DNA of 53,987 nt from a virus (lineage: Duplodnaviria; Caudoviricetes), in the IMG/VR virus record IMGVR_UViG_3300046009_004608, positions 1-53,987 of that record; one strand, given 5' to 3'. The stretch's first letter is position 1. The number at the start of each line of letters is the position of its first letter. A program made the translations under genes and the position numbers. The notes beneath the pieces were generated by a model that was not told the origin of the DNA, made no database searches, and saw nothing but the letters and a program-made list of their open reading frames with translations. Below, one piece after another: positions 1 to 7,338 of this stretch.

Positions 1-126
1 GCCATGGTTGCCGATGGTGATGAGGAGCGTTTCAAGAGGATGCTGAAAAGTCTTAAAGAAATGATCGAGGCTCAGGCAAGGGACTTTGCAAAAGAGGAGC
101 GCCAGTGGTTGAACTAACGCTGCCAT
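1..126. repeat. Terminal direct repeat, left copy (circular assembly overlap)
   Basis: 1-126 is identical to 53861-53986; the next base differs (G127 vs T53987). The ORF at 53696 runs through the repeat and overlaps the rusA start. Confidence 0.95.
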
Positions 127-476
127 GGCCACCATCAGTAAATCATTACTGGAGGTCTTACCGGGGAATGGTGGTGATCAGTGAGGCCGGCAGGAAGTAT
201 CGGAAAGCTGTTGGCGAGCAAGTATTTTTGCAAAGCCGCGGCAAGTCCACGGTCGGGCCGGTAAAGGTGGTGATTGAAGCCTATCGGCCGGATAACCGCC
301 GCAGGGATTTGGACAATTTATTAAAGGCAGTTCTTGATTCGCTGGGTCATGCCGGTATTTACATTGATGACTCATTGATTGTGGATCTAAGAATTTATTG
401 GGCCGAGAGCATCGGCGGGATGTTGAAAATAAAAGTAGAGGAATTAGATGGCCAGAAGAGAAGCGTGGGCAATTAA
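105..476 (+). CDS. rusA: RusA-family Holliday junction resolvase
   Basis: LPWPPSVNHYWR N-terminus, RRRDLDNLLKAVLDSL and DDSLI catalytic Asp motifs; GAGGAG RBS before GTG. Confidence 0.93.
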   Translation: MVELTLPWPPSVNHYWRSYRGMVVISEAGRKYRKAVGEQVFLQSRGKSTVGPVKVVIEAYRPDNRRRDLDNLLKAVLDSLGHAGIYIDDSLIVDLRIYWAESIGGMLKIKVEELDGQKRSVGN

Positions 477-651
477 AACGAAGCGAGAGTACTTTGTGAA
501 TTACCCGCCAAGAGAGTATTGGGAAGCCGACAGGACGATGTTATTCAGAACCCGGCGGCAGGCGCAGGCGTGGTTAAAAGAGAATCAGTTTTGGGCCCTG
601 AAAGGGGAAGTTGTGAAAGTAATAGTCACTGTGAAGGAGTACGGAACATGA
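448..651 (+). CDS. Hypothetical protein
   Basis: 67-aa ORF in a tightly packed operon; GAGG upstream; ATGA overlap with the next gene. Confidence 0.7.
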   Translation: MARREAWAIKTKREYFVNYPPREYWEADRTMLFRTRRQAQAWLKENQFWALKGEVVKVIVTVKEYGT

Positions 652-767
652 ACGCAGAGATCTGGATGTCGATGGTCAAGGCATCACACGCAACTGATGT
701 TTGGATATTCGTAGTTTCAATGGTGGCAATTATCGGAGGGGTGTTATGGCTAGACAAAAGAAAGTAG
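648..767 (+). CDS. Small single-TM membrane protein
   Basis: AAGGAG RBS, ATG 648; hydrophobic WIFVVSMVAIIGGVLWL followed by a basic tail. Confidence 0.6.
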   Translation: MNAEIWMSMVKASHATDVWIFVVSMVAIIGGVLWLDKRK

Positions 768-925
768 AGGAGCCGGGATTGCTGGATCTGTACGCAGGGT
801 TTGCCTTGGCTGGATTGGTGGGTCGGGCAGATGTAATGGAACCACCATCCTCATTAGCAAAAGATGCGTTTGAGATAGCGAAAGCGATGTTAGAGCGAAG
901 AGAAGAGGAGTTAAAAAATGACTGA
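746..925 (+). CDS. Conserved small phage protein (DxFAxxAL...A..IA.AML..R type)
   Basis: GGAGG RBS, ATG 746; LLDLYAGFALAGL...AFEIAKAMLERR pattern, common in proteobacterial phage early regions. Confidence 0.7.
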   Translation: MARQKKVEEPGLLDLYAGFALAGLVGRADVMEPPSSLAKDAFEIAKAMLERREEELKND

Positions 926-1247
926 AAGAGACCCGCACGATGCAGTTGATTACATTTTTGATAACGCAAAGCTATACGCAAAGGCAAAAGCGGAGCGAGT
1001 GTATTTGGAAGAGTTTCGGAAATCTCAAAAAGCATTGCTGATGAAACGAAGCCTTGAGGAATCTATCGGGGCACAAGAGCGAGAGGCGTATGCCCATGAG
1101 GACTACCGGAAGCTAATTAAAGGTTTGCAGGCGGCAGTTGAGATGGAAGAGCGGTTGCGCTGGGAGTTAGTCGCTGCACAGACACGGGTCGAGATTTGGC
1201 GAACCGAGCAGGCCAACCTTAGAGCCGAGGGCAGGGTAACGATTTAA
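918..1247 (+). CDS. Helical/coiled-coil hypothetical phage protein
   Basis: GAGGAG RBS; 109-aa helical ORF (AKAKAERVYLEEFRKS...EREAYAH). Confidence 0.8.
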   Translation: MTERDPHDAVDYIFDNAKLYAKAKAERVYLEEFRKSQKALLMKRSLEESIGAQEREAYAHEDYRKLIKGLQAAVEMEERLRWELVAAQTRVEIWRTEQANLRAEGRVTI

Positions 1248-1478
1248 ATGACACCGGAGATCGTGGAAGGGGACTGGGTATTGATCTGCGAGACCAATGA
1301 AAAAGGAGTGGTCGAGGCGGTATTCGATAAGGGGGAGCGGTTTCTAGTGGTGGTCGAGGGCGATAACGAGTGGCCGCACCCAAAAAGATTCCATGTGATG
1401 GTCGAAAAGATAAGACGGATTCGTACACCGAAACCGAAAAAGCAAGAAGTTAAGTGGCATCAAATAACTTTATTGTGA
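1248..1478 (+). CDS. Hypothetical protein (SH3/KOW-like beta fold possible)
   Basis: Directly follows the previous stop; IVEGDWVLI...GVVEAV pattern. Confidence 0.65.
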   Translation: MTPEIVEGDWVLICETNEKGVVEAVFDKGERFLVVVEGDNEWPHPKRFHVMVEKIRRIRTPKPKKQEVKWHQITLL

Positions 1479-1485
1479 GGAGATT

Positions 1486-1692
1486 ATGAACGGACATCCA
1501 TTAATTGAGTGGAAGAAATTTAAGGCTTGGTGTAAGTCAGCATGGGCCGAGTCGCTTGGTATTGTGATTGCGCTGGTGCTTGGGATGCTGATAGGCGTCT
1601 TATACAGACAGACGGACATTACCGAAGACTGTCGATATTCAGGATCATTTCGGGTGGGCACACAAGCATTTAATTGTCAGCGGAGAATGTAA
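1486..1692 (+). CDS. Small membrane protein
   Basis: GAGGAG RBS; TM segment LGIVIALVLGMLIGVLY; two C-terminal Cys. Confidence 0.7.
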   Translation: MNGHPLIEWKKFKAWCKSAWAESLGIVIALVLGMLIGVLYRQTDITEDCRYSGSFRVGTQAFNCQRRM

Positions 1693-2027
1693 TGAAAAAA
1701 TTTATTTTTGTATTGCTAATGATTCCCGCTGTGGCCCGAGCAGAATTTTGGACAGGAAATAATCTGTACGACAGGCTAACAAGTAGTGAGGCGGGTGAGC
1801 GAATACAGGCCTTGGGATATGTCATGGGCGTCTACGATGTTGCTGTCCATTTGTTTTTCTGCCCACCCGGATCGGAGACAACCATTACCGCCGGACAGAT
1901 CAGGGATATGGCTAGAAATTGGCTAGCAAATAACCCCCACCGCAGAAACGAATCAGCAGAAAAGCTGGTGACCGAGGCATTCAAACAAGTGTGGCCGTGC
2001 AGAAACCGCGGAGGCACAAGACTATGA
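1692..2027 (+). CDS. Secreted Rap1a/Tai-like immunity protein
   Basis: Signal peptide MKKFIFVLLMIPAVARA, then TGNNLY...GYVMGVYD...FCPP...Q...WLANNP...A..LV..AF..VWPC, the Rap1a-type pattern. Confidence 0.75.
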   Translation: MKKFIFVLLMIPAVARAEFWTGNNLYDRLTSSEAGERIQALGYVMGVYDVAVHLFFCPPGSETTITAGQIRDMARNWLANNPHRRNESAEKLVTEAFKQVWPCRNRGGTRL

Positions 2028-2227
2028 AAATCGTTCTTTATGGTTCCATGATTGCGGTGGCATGGTTGCTGGCTGACCATCAAATCGATAAGGCCCATGC
2101 GGAGGGTTTTAAATTGGGAATGAACTACGCCTTAAAGGCTGACCCCCCATCGGAGGAGCTGGAGCTGCGGTGTGCTGGGCTTTGGGTCGGTGAGCAAAAT
2201 AAAAAGTGGTTTAACAAAAACAAGTGA
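2024..2227 (+). CDS. Hypothetical membrane-anchored protein
   Basis: GGAGG RBS, ATGA overlap, N-terminal hydrophobic stretch. Confidence 0.65.
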   Translation: MKIVLYGSMIAVAWLLADHQIDKAHAEGFKLGMNYALKADPPSEELELRCAGLWVGEQNKKWFNKNK

Positions 2228-2523
2228 CCCATTACCGGAATAAAACCCTTTTGGAGGTCGTCAGATCCTCTCCCTGCCAATCCTGCGGCCGGGAGGATGG
2301 AACGGTGGTGGCGGCCCACTCAAACCAGCTACGGGACGGAAAAGGACGCTCAATCAAGGCCCACGACTACCGGATAGCCGCTCTCTGTCATCGATGCCAC
2401 ATGGAGCTTGATCAGGGAGCCTCCCTAAACAGGGAGGAGCGTCATGAGCTGTGGGAGGAAGCCCACCGCAAGACCATCGGTTGGCTGTTCGAGCAGGGAC
2501 ACATCAAGATAATACCCGACTAA
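2224..2523 (+). CDS. DUF1364/HNH-like zinc-binding putative nuclease
   Basis: CQSCG...VVAAHSN...GKG..IKAHD...ALCHRCH motifs. Confidence 0.75.
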   Translation: MTHYRNKTLLEVVRSSPCQSCGREDGTVVAAHSNQLRDGKGRSIKAHDYRIAALCHRCHMELDQGASLNREERHELWEEAHRKTIGWLFEQGHIKIIPD

Positions 2524-2559
2524 AACTTAGGGGGTATTCAAAAAAAATTGAAAAAGAGC

Positions 2560-2589
2560 TTGCAAGAGAATCTAACTTGAAATTACACT
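2560..2589 (+). promoter_or_regulatory. Sigma70-like early promoter overlapped by a 17-bp operator (2571-2587)
   Basis: TTGCAA-18nt-TACACT with A-tracts upstream; operator copy TCTAACTTGAAATTACA. Confidence 0.6.
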
Positions 2590-2631
2590 CTCCTTACGGT
2601 CGCAGTGACCGGACAGCGAAAGGAAAGCGAA

Positions 2632-2928
2632 ATGAAAACCGTAGACATCCAACTGACCCAGATCGACGAACTCGGCACTCTGCTGGCCACCATCGCAGAT
2701 CTGACCGCCAAGGCTGACGCAATCAAGGACGAGCTCAAGGATGCAGCCACCGCTCCCGGCGGCTCCAAGGTCTTTGAGGGCAATCTCTTCAAGGCTACCG
2801 TTATCGAGTCCAACCGGTCCACGGTTGATTACAAGGCAATCATGGCCAAGTACAAGATCCCCGCTGAGGTCGTTGCCGAGCACACCAAGACGACCGCAGT
2901 GTTTTCTGTCAAAACCACCGCACGATAA
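2632..2928 (+). CDS. Early hypothetical protein
   Basis: AAGGA RBS, ATG 2632; IDELGTLLATIADL...IKDELK helical pattern; strong C/G-ending codon bias. Confidence 0.8.
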   Translation: MKTVDIQLTQIDELGTLLATIADLTAKADAIKDELKDAATAPGGSKVFEGNLFKATVIESNRSTVDYKAIMAKYKIPAEVVAEHTKTTAVFSVKTTAR

Positions 2929-2938
2929 GGAGACAGCC

Positions 2939-3382
2939 GTGAGAACAGAAATCTACGGTGAGCTGGTCTCCCCCCGCCCGGTCTACCAGCCGGTGCGGCG
3001 CCGGGAGCGTGATACCCAGCGCAGCAAGGTCTACGCTTGGGAGCGTTCCGAGTTTGGCTGGGATAAGGAGGTCATGAGCCTTGAGCAGTGCCAAGCCTTG
3101 GCCCGATCAATCCGACCCGGAGTTTGGGCTGGAGATGGTTGCGGCCGCCGGGCTGCCTGCGCCGTCCCTCAGGAAAACGTCATCAAGCTGCCCAAGTGGG
3201 CCCGGACCAAGTGGGTGGTGCTTCATGAAGTGGCTCATCTGATCGCTTGGGATGGCCGCAGAGCTGCCCACGGCCGAGAGTTTATGGCTGAGTACCTAGA
3301 CCTGCTGGCGACCCATTACAAGCGGGATAAGGACCTGCTTTGGGCCTCGGCTCTGGCGGCCGGTCTGAGGGTGGGCTACTAG
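2939..3382 (+). CDS. SprT/M48-like HEXXH zinc metallopeptidase-domain protein
   Basis: TAAGGAG RBS, GTG 2939; RDTQRSKVYAWE...VVLHEVAH...HGREF motifs. Confidence 0.75.
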   Translation: MRTEIYGELVSPRPVYQPVRRRERDTQRSKVYAWERSEFGWDKEVMSLEQCQALARSIRPGVWAGDGCGRRAACAVPQENVIKLPKWARTKWVVLHEVAHLIAWDGRRAAHGREFMAEYLDLLATHYKRDKDLLWASALAAGLRVGY

Positions 3383-3419
3383 GGGTGGGGGGTAGGGTTA
3401 CCCCCTATAAAAATATTGT

Positions 3420-3453
3420 TTGACTTCTGGGAAGTGTGTAACTTAGAATTACA
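3420..3453 (+). promoter_or_regulatory. Sigma70-like early promoter overlapped by a palindromic operator (3437-3453)
   Basis: TTGACT-18nt-TAGAAT; operator TGTAA-CTTAGAA-TTACA is a perfect 5-bp inverted repeat. Confidence 0.7.
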
Positions 3454-3504
3454 TTACTGCATCAAGCAGGTAACCCAAAAGCGAATAGAAAGCGAGAAAC
3501 AAAA

Positions 3505-3756
3505 ATGAATTTAGTCAAGGTAACCAAAGTCTCAGCAGGTCGATACAACATCGACGTAAATGGTCTGTCGTTTTTCCTCGAAGACTCTCATCCCGAATAT
3601 TGTGGCTGCGCGAGAGTCGAGTCGTGGGTTCTCTGGAACGCAAACGATTTAGAAATCATGCGGTTCGATACAAAAAAATACGCAATCCAAGCGTTCAAAG
3701 ATTGGACACCAGAATTGATTGCTGAAATGGGTAATCGCAAATATTTCGGTTATTGA
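3505..3756 (+). CDS. Early hypothetical protein
   Basis: 83-aa ORF directly downstream of the promoter; AT-richer than the core genes. Confidence 0.7.
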   Translation: MNLVKVTKVSAGRYNIDVNGLSFFLEDSHPEYCGCARVESWVLWNANDLEIMRFDTKKYAIQAFKDWTPELIAEMGNRKYFGY

Positions 3757-3790
3757 TCAACAGCGCTTAAACCATATTAAGGAGATAAAA

Positions 3791-3994
3791 ATGAAAAAAG
3801 TTTATGAGGTTTATGTTTACGAAGATCGCGGATGCTTTGTTGCTGAAACACCCGCAATTTGTATCAACACCAACATAAAAGAGCTTCAGGGCACCCCGGT
3901 AGAGTTTTATGACAATTCCCGTAATGGTGTTATCCAGCAGGTTTTAAAAGAGCTGAAGGCAAGAGGCCATAGCGGTGTTTTACGGGTTATGTAA
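3791..3994 (+). CDS. Early hypothetical protein
   Basis: TAAGGAG RBS, ATG 3791. Confidence 0.75.
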   Translation: MKKVYEVYVYEDRGCFVAETPAICINTNIKELQGTPVEFYDNSRNGVIQQVLKELKARGHSGVLRVM

Positions 3995-3999
3995 TTAAC

Positions 4000-4016
4000 G
4001 GGGCTTCGGCCCCTTT
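4000..4016 (+). terminator. Intrinsic terminator-like hairpin with cUUCGg tetraloop
   Basis: GGGGC-TTCG-GCCCC-TTT; the short U tract suggests it is leaky. Confidence 0.65.
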
Positions 4017-4028
4017 CAGGAGACAATA

Positions 4029-4277
4029 ATGGAAGACCAAAACGCAGAACCAAAACGGATTGATCCGGAGCACGATGCGGTCATCACAAACGAGGTGGAG
4101 CAAATGCAGACCGTGCTGTACGTTTGGGATTCTCCAAACGAGATCAACATGAGCTATTCGCTCTATGATTTAGAGGACGGCAGCGTCTTAAAAAAAGCTG
4201 TCATCTACCTATCAACCGAGGAGGCCTCTGCTCTGGTGGATCTGCTGCAAAAGGCTTTAGTCCGGCAGGGAGACTAA
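4029..4277 (+). CDS. Hypothetical protein
   Basis: AGGAG RBS; acidic 82-aa ORF. Confidence 0.7.
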   Translation: MEDQNAEPKRIDPEHDAVITNEVEQMQTVLYVWDSPNEINMSYSLYDLEDGSVLKKAVIYLSTEEASALVDLLQKALVRQGD

Positions 4278-4278
4278 T

Positions 4279-4446
4279 ATGGCACTAGGATGGGTAGTAG
4301 TTAAATTCAACAAGAACGCAACCCCCGGGTTACCGGTTCCCACGGTAGCGTGGTTCGAGGAGAAGTTCGAGGCGCAGGAAGAGGCTGAGAGGCTTAACGA
4401 AACCGCCCCCGAGGGGGTCTTTTATGGATGGGAGAAAAACAGATGA
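4279..4446 (+). CDS. Hypothetical 55-aa protein (missing from ORF track)
   Basis: GGGAG RBS, ATG 4279: MALGWVVVKFNKN...FEEKFEAQEEAERLNE...WEKNR*; ATGA overlap with the next gene. Confidence 0.7.
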   Translation: MALGWVVVKFNKNATPGLPVPTVAWFEEKFEAQEEAERLNETAPEGVFYGWEKNR

Positions 4447-4652
4447 CAGTCATTAAAATGCGCCGGCCGGTGGACTTTCACCAAGCCGCCAACACAATGG
4501 CTAACGGCCACCTCGGGGGCTTTGCTGAGTCCTTGGCGCTCACTTGGTTTCGGGCTGACTCCCTGAACCGGGAGAAGATCCAGTCAACTTGGCCAGAGCT
4601 TTTTATTACCGCCTTCGAACTATTTGAGAACCGAGACAGAAACCATGGATGA
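4443..4652 (+). CDS. Conserved small phage protein
   Basis: GGGAG RBS; GGFAESLALTWFRADSLNREKI..TWPELF motif, typical of aquatic phages. Confidence 0.75.
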   Translation: MTVIKMRRPVDFHQAANTMANGHLGGFAESLALTWFRADSLNREKIQSTWPELFITAFELFENRDRNHG

Positions 4653-4875
4653 GCTGACCGTGCATCCGGCCTATTGCGATTATCTTGCCCACTTGATCTC
4701 TAAGCACTTGAAAGCCAACGACTACAACCGACTGATCGACTCTGTCGGGAAGGTTCGGTTTGACTTGGGCAAGGACGGGAGTATGCTATCCACAACCAAG
4801 CGAATTACGGTGATTGATGTGCAGGGTAAGGCTTACACCATCACCATCGAAGAGGCTAAGAATAAGACAATTTAA
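4645..4875 (+). CDS. Hypothetical protein
   Basis: Overlapping operon ORF, ATG 4645. Confidence 0.7.
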   Translation: MDELTVHPAYCDYLAHLISKHLKANDYNRLIDSVGKVRFDLGKDGSMLSTTKRITVIDVQGKAYTITIEEAKNKTI

Positions 4876-4917
4876 CCGACGGTTAACCGGCCGTTAACGG
4901 TTGGCTAACCGCCCGTT
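4874..4917. repeat. Four tandem 11-bp quasi-palindromic iteron-like units
   Basis: AACCGACGGTT/AACCGGCCGTT/AACGGTTGGCT/AACCGCCCGTT. Confidence 0.8.
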
Positions 4918-4928
4918 GAGAGGACAAA

Positions 4929-5123
4929 TTGAAGATAGATGACGGTAACAACTTGGGATCAAACGTAGCCCGCCTGACGATCCTGACTACCCAGCTCCAA
5001 AAGATGGCGGCTAACGGGGTAGACACGATAGGCATCCTGAGGGTCACGGTCCAGATGCAGGCCGAACTCGATCAGGTCCGGGCGTGGGTATTGCGGCAAG
5101 AAAGCAAGGAAGCAATGGCCTAA
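4929..5123 (+). CDS. Hypothetical protein
   Basis: GAGAGGA RBS, TTG start; helical 64-aa ORF. Confidence 0.6.
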   Translation: MKIDDGNNLGSNVARLTILTTQLQKMAANGVDTIGILRVTVQMQAELDQVRAWVLRQESKEAMA

Positions 5124-5130
5124 GACGCAT

Positions 5131-5244
5131 GGGTGCTGCCAACAGTCGTCCGGTCCCCACCGGGGTAGCACCCAGCCGCCTTGGGAGCCAGAACAAACGA
5201 ATTTTCGGCAACGTGGGTTCGGTTGTTGTACACAACTGGCTCCC
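5131..5244 (+). ncRNA. Candidate structured RNA element (two long hairpins) upstream of terS
   Basis: GGGTGCTGCC(5131-40)/GGTAGCACCC(5164-73) encloses CCGGT-CCCC-ACCGG; GGGAGCCAG(5183-91)/CTGGCTCCC(5236-44) encloses AACAAACGAATT/GGTTCGGTTGTT. G-U pairs favour the + strand. Confidence 0.5.
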
Positions 5245-5312
5245 GCCAGAGTAGCGAGAAGTAAAGAGAGGCCGTATCATTGCCCGATATCAATTTGATT
5301 GGAATAAGGGTG

Positions 5313-5921
5313 ATGCCTGAAACAACTAAGAAGCCGAAAGCCCCGAAGGAGCAAGCCAACGGCTCAACCACTAGCTCAACGGATGGTTCAACCATCGGCC
5401 AACCGCCGGTTCAAGACCCGCCAAAACAAAAGACCGGTCGCCCGACAGACTACAACCTAAAACTCGCCGCAGAGATCTGTACTCGTATATCTAACGGAGA
5501 AGCATTAAGACAGATCTGTATGAGGGAAGATATGCCGGTTCAGTCGGCTGTGTATGTGTGGTTGGCGCGTCATCCTGAATTCAAGGAGATGTACACACGC
5601 GCACGGGAAGAACAGGCCGATACTTTGGCTGACGAGATTCAGGCTATTGCTGACGAAACGCCTGAGATGAACCCGATCTACACCAAGGACGGGGAGCTGA
5701 TCCGCATCGAGCTGCACGGCGCCTATATCCAGTGGCAGAAGAACCGGATCGATGCCCGCAAATGGGTGGCCGCCAAGCTCAAGCCCCGGAAGTACGGTGA
5801 CCGGGTGGAGCTGACCGGGGATAAAGACAACCCCCTGCACATCAACGCTCAGGTGGAGACCAAGACCCTCTTTTCGACCATCCTGCAGAACCTAGAGCTA
5901 AAGAAGCAGGCTCAGGAATGA
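5313..5921 (+). CDS. terS: Terminase small subunit (Sf6 gp1-like)
   Basis: GRPTDY...EICTRISNGEALRQIC..EDMP...VYVWL..HPEF.EMY.RAREEQADTLADEI..IAD and IDARKWVAAKLKPRKYGD; immediately upstream of terL. Confidence 0.9.
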   Translation: MPETTKKPKAPKEQANGSTTSSTDGSTIGQPPVQDPPKQKTGRPTDYNLKLAAEICTRISNGEALRQICMREDMPVQSAVYVWLARHPEFKEMYTRAREEQADTLADEIQAIADETPEMNPIYTKDGELIRIELHGAYIQWQKNRIDARKWVAAKLKPRKYGDRVELTGDKDNPLHINAQVETKTLFSTILQNLELKKQAQE

Positions 5922-5924
5922 GGG

Positions 5925-7331
5925 ATGACTGATCTTGCTGAGTTGCTGGCCAACCCAGAGATTCAGGCCAAGTTCTCCATTTTGCCAGCCGAAGATCAGG
6001 CCGCATGGGCTTGGCGGGCTAACTGGCTCACTAAGGCCCATAAGCACCAGATTGTGCCGGCTGGGGATTGGTGGACGATATGGCTTATGCTCGCCGGCCG
6101 CGGTGCCGGCAAAACCCGGACGGCTGCGGAGCAAGTGGGGTGGTGGGCATGGCAGGAAGCAGGCACTCGCTGGCTGGTTGGAGCGCCCACCAGCTCAGAT
6201 GTTCGGGCTACCTGTTTTGAGGGAGATTCAGGGCTCCTATCAGTTATACCCAGTTCACTTGTGGCAGATTACAACCGCGCCTTCCACGAGATTAAATTGA
6301 CTAATGGCAGCCTGATCAAGGGAATCCCTGCGTCTGAACCTGAGCGCTTCCGGGGGCCGCAGTTCCACGGGGCATGGCTAGATGAGCTGGCCGCTTGGGA
6401 CTACCTCGATGAGGCGTGGGATCAGATCATGTTTTCCGTCCGGCTTGGCTCTAGAACCCGGATTATCGCCACCACAACCCCGCGGCCGAAGGACTTGATC
6501 ATCGATCTGGTCGGCCGGGATGGGGACGATGTAACGCTTACTACTGCGTCCACCTACGACAACCTAGCCAATCTGTCGCCCAACTTCCAGAAGCAGATCC
6601 TTCAGTACGAGGGAACCAAGCTGGGGCGGCAGGAGATCTACGCCGAGATCATCGACCCCGAAGAGTCGGGAATCGTTAAGCGGGAGATGTTCAAGCTCTG
6701 GCCGGCTGAGAAGCCCTTCCCGAAGTTCGACTTCATCCTTCAGTCCTATGACTGCGCCTATACCGAGAAGACCATCAACGATCCCACTGCCTGCACGACT
6801 TGGGGGATCTTCCAGCCCATGGACGGACCGACCGCGGTCATGCTGATAGACGCATGGCAGGACAGGCTCCAGTACCCCGACCTGCGGCCGAAGGTCATCG
6901 AGGAATACAAGGTGACCTACGGGGAGGGCAAAGACGGCAAGAAGGTTGACCTGATCCTTATTGAAGACAAAGCCTCGGGCATAAGTCTCATCCAAGACCT
7001 GCAGCGGGCGCGTCTGCCGGTGAGGGCATATAACCCCGGCCGGGCGGATAAGATCCAACGGCTATCGATTGTGGCCAACATCATCGCCCATAAGCGGGTC
7101 TACATCCCCGAGTCTATGGTTAAGAAAGGCTACGTCAGGGATTGGGCTGAGGGGTTCGTCAGTCAGATCTGCTCATTCCCAGAATCCACCCATGACGACT
7201 TTGTCGATACCTGTACTCAGGCGCTGAGATACCTTAGAGATGCGGGGTTCCTTGACATAGACCCACCGGCAAGGGACGATGATGATTACGCCGAATTCAG
7301 ACCTAAGCGCGTGAACCCTTATGCAGCGTAG
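5925..7331 (+). CDS. terL: Terminase large subunit
   Basis: Walker A AGRGAGKT, Walker B AWLDE, TTTP coupling motif, nuclease SYDCA...IEDKASG...HDDFVD. Confidence 0.97.
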   Translation: MTDLAELLANPEIQAKFSILPAEDQAAWAWRANWLTKAHKHQIVPAGDWWTIWLMLAGRGAGKTRTAAEQVGWWAWQEAGTRWLVGAPTSSDVRATCFEGDSGLLSVIPSSLVADYNRAFHEIKLTNGSLIKGIPASEPERFRGPQFHGAWLDELAAWDYLDEAWDQIMFSVRLGSRTRIIATTTPRPKDLIIDLVGRDGDDVTLTTASTYDNLANLSPNFQKQILQYEGTKLGRQEIYAEIIDPEESGIVKREMFKLWPAEKPFPKFDFILQSYDCAYTEKTINDPTACTTWGIFQPMDGPTAVMLIDAWQDRLQYPDLRPKVIEEYKVTYGEGKDGKKVDLILIEDKASGISLIQDLQRARLPVRAYNPGRADKIQRLSIVANIIAHKRVYIPESMVKKGYVRDWAEGFVSQICSFPESTHDDFVDTCTQALRYLRDAGFLDIDPPARDDDDYAEFRPKRVNPYAA

Positions 7332-7338
7332 CCAACTG

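Noticed and set aside
4874-4917. CRISPR or mini-array
   Set aside because: The 11-bp units abut with no spacers and there is no cas operon; the PD-(D/E)XK nuclease at 48261 is an ordinary phage exonuclease.
5131-5244. tRNA or hammerhead ribozyme
   Set aside because: GGTTCG is present but there is no cloverleaf with D arm, 7-nt anticodon loop and CCA; no CUGANGA/GAAA core.
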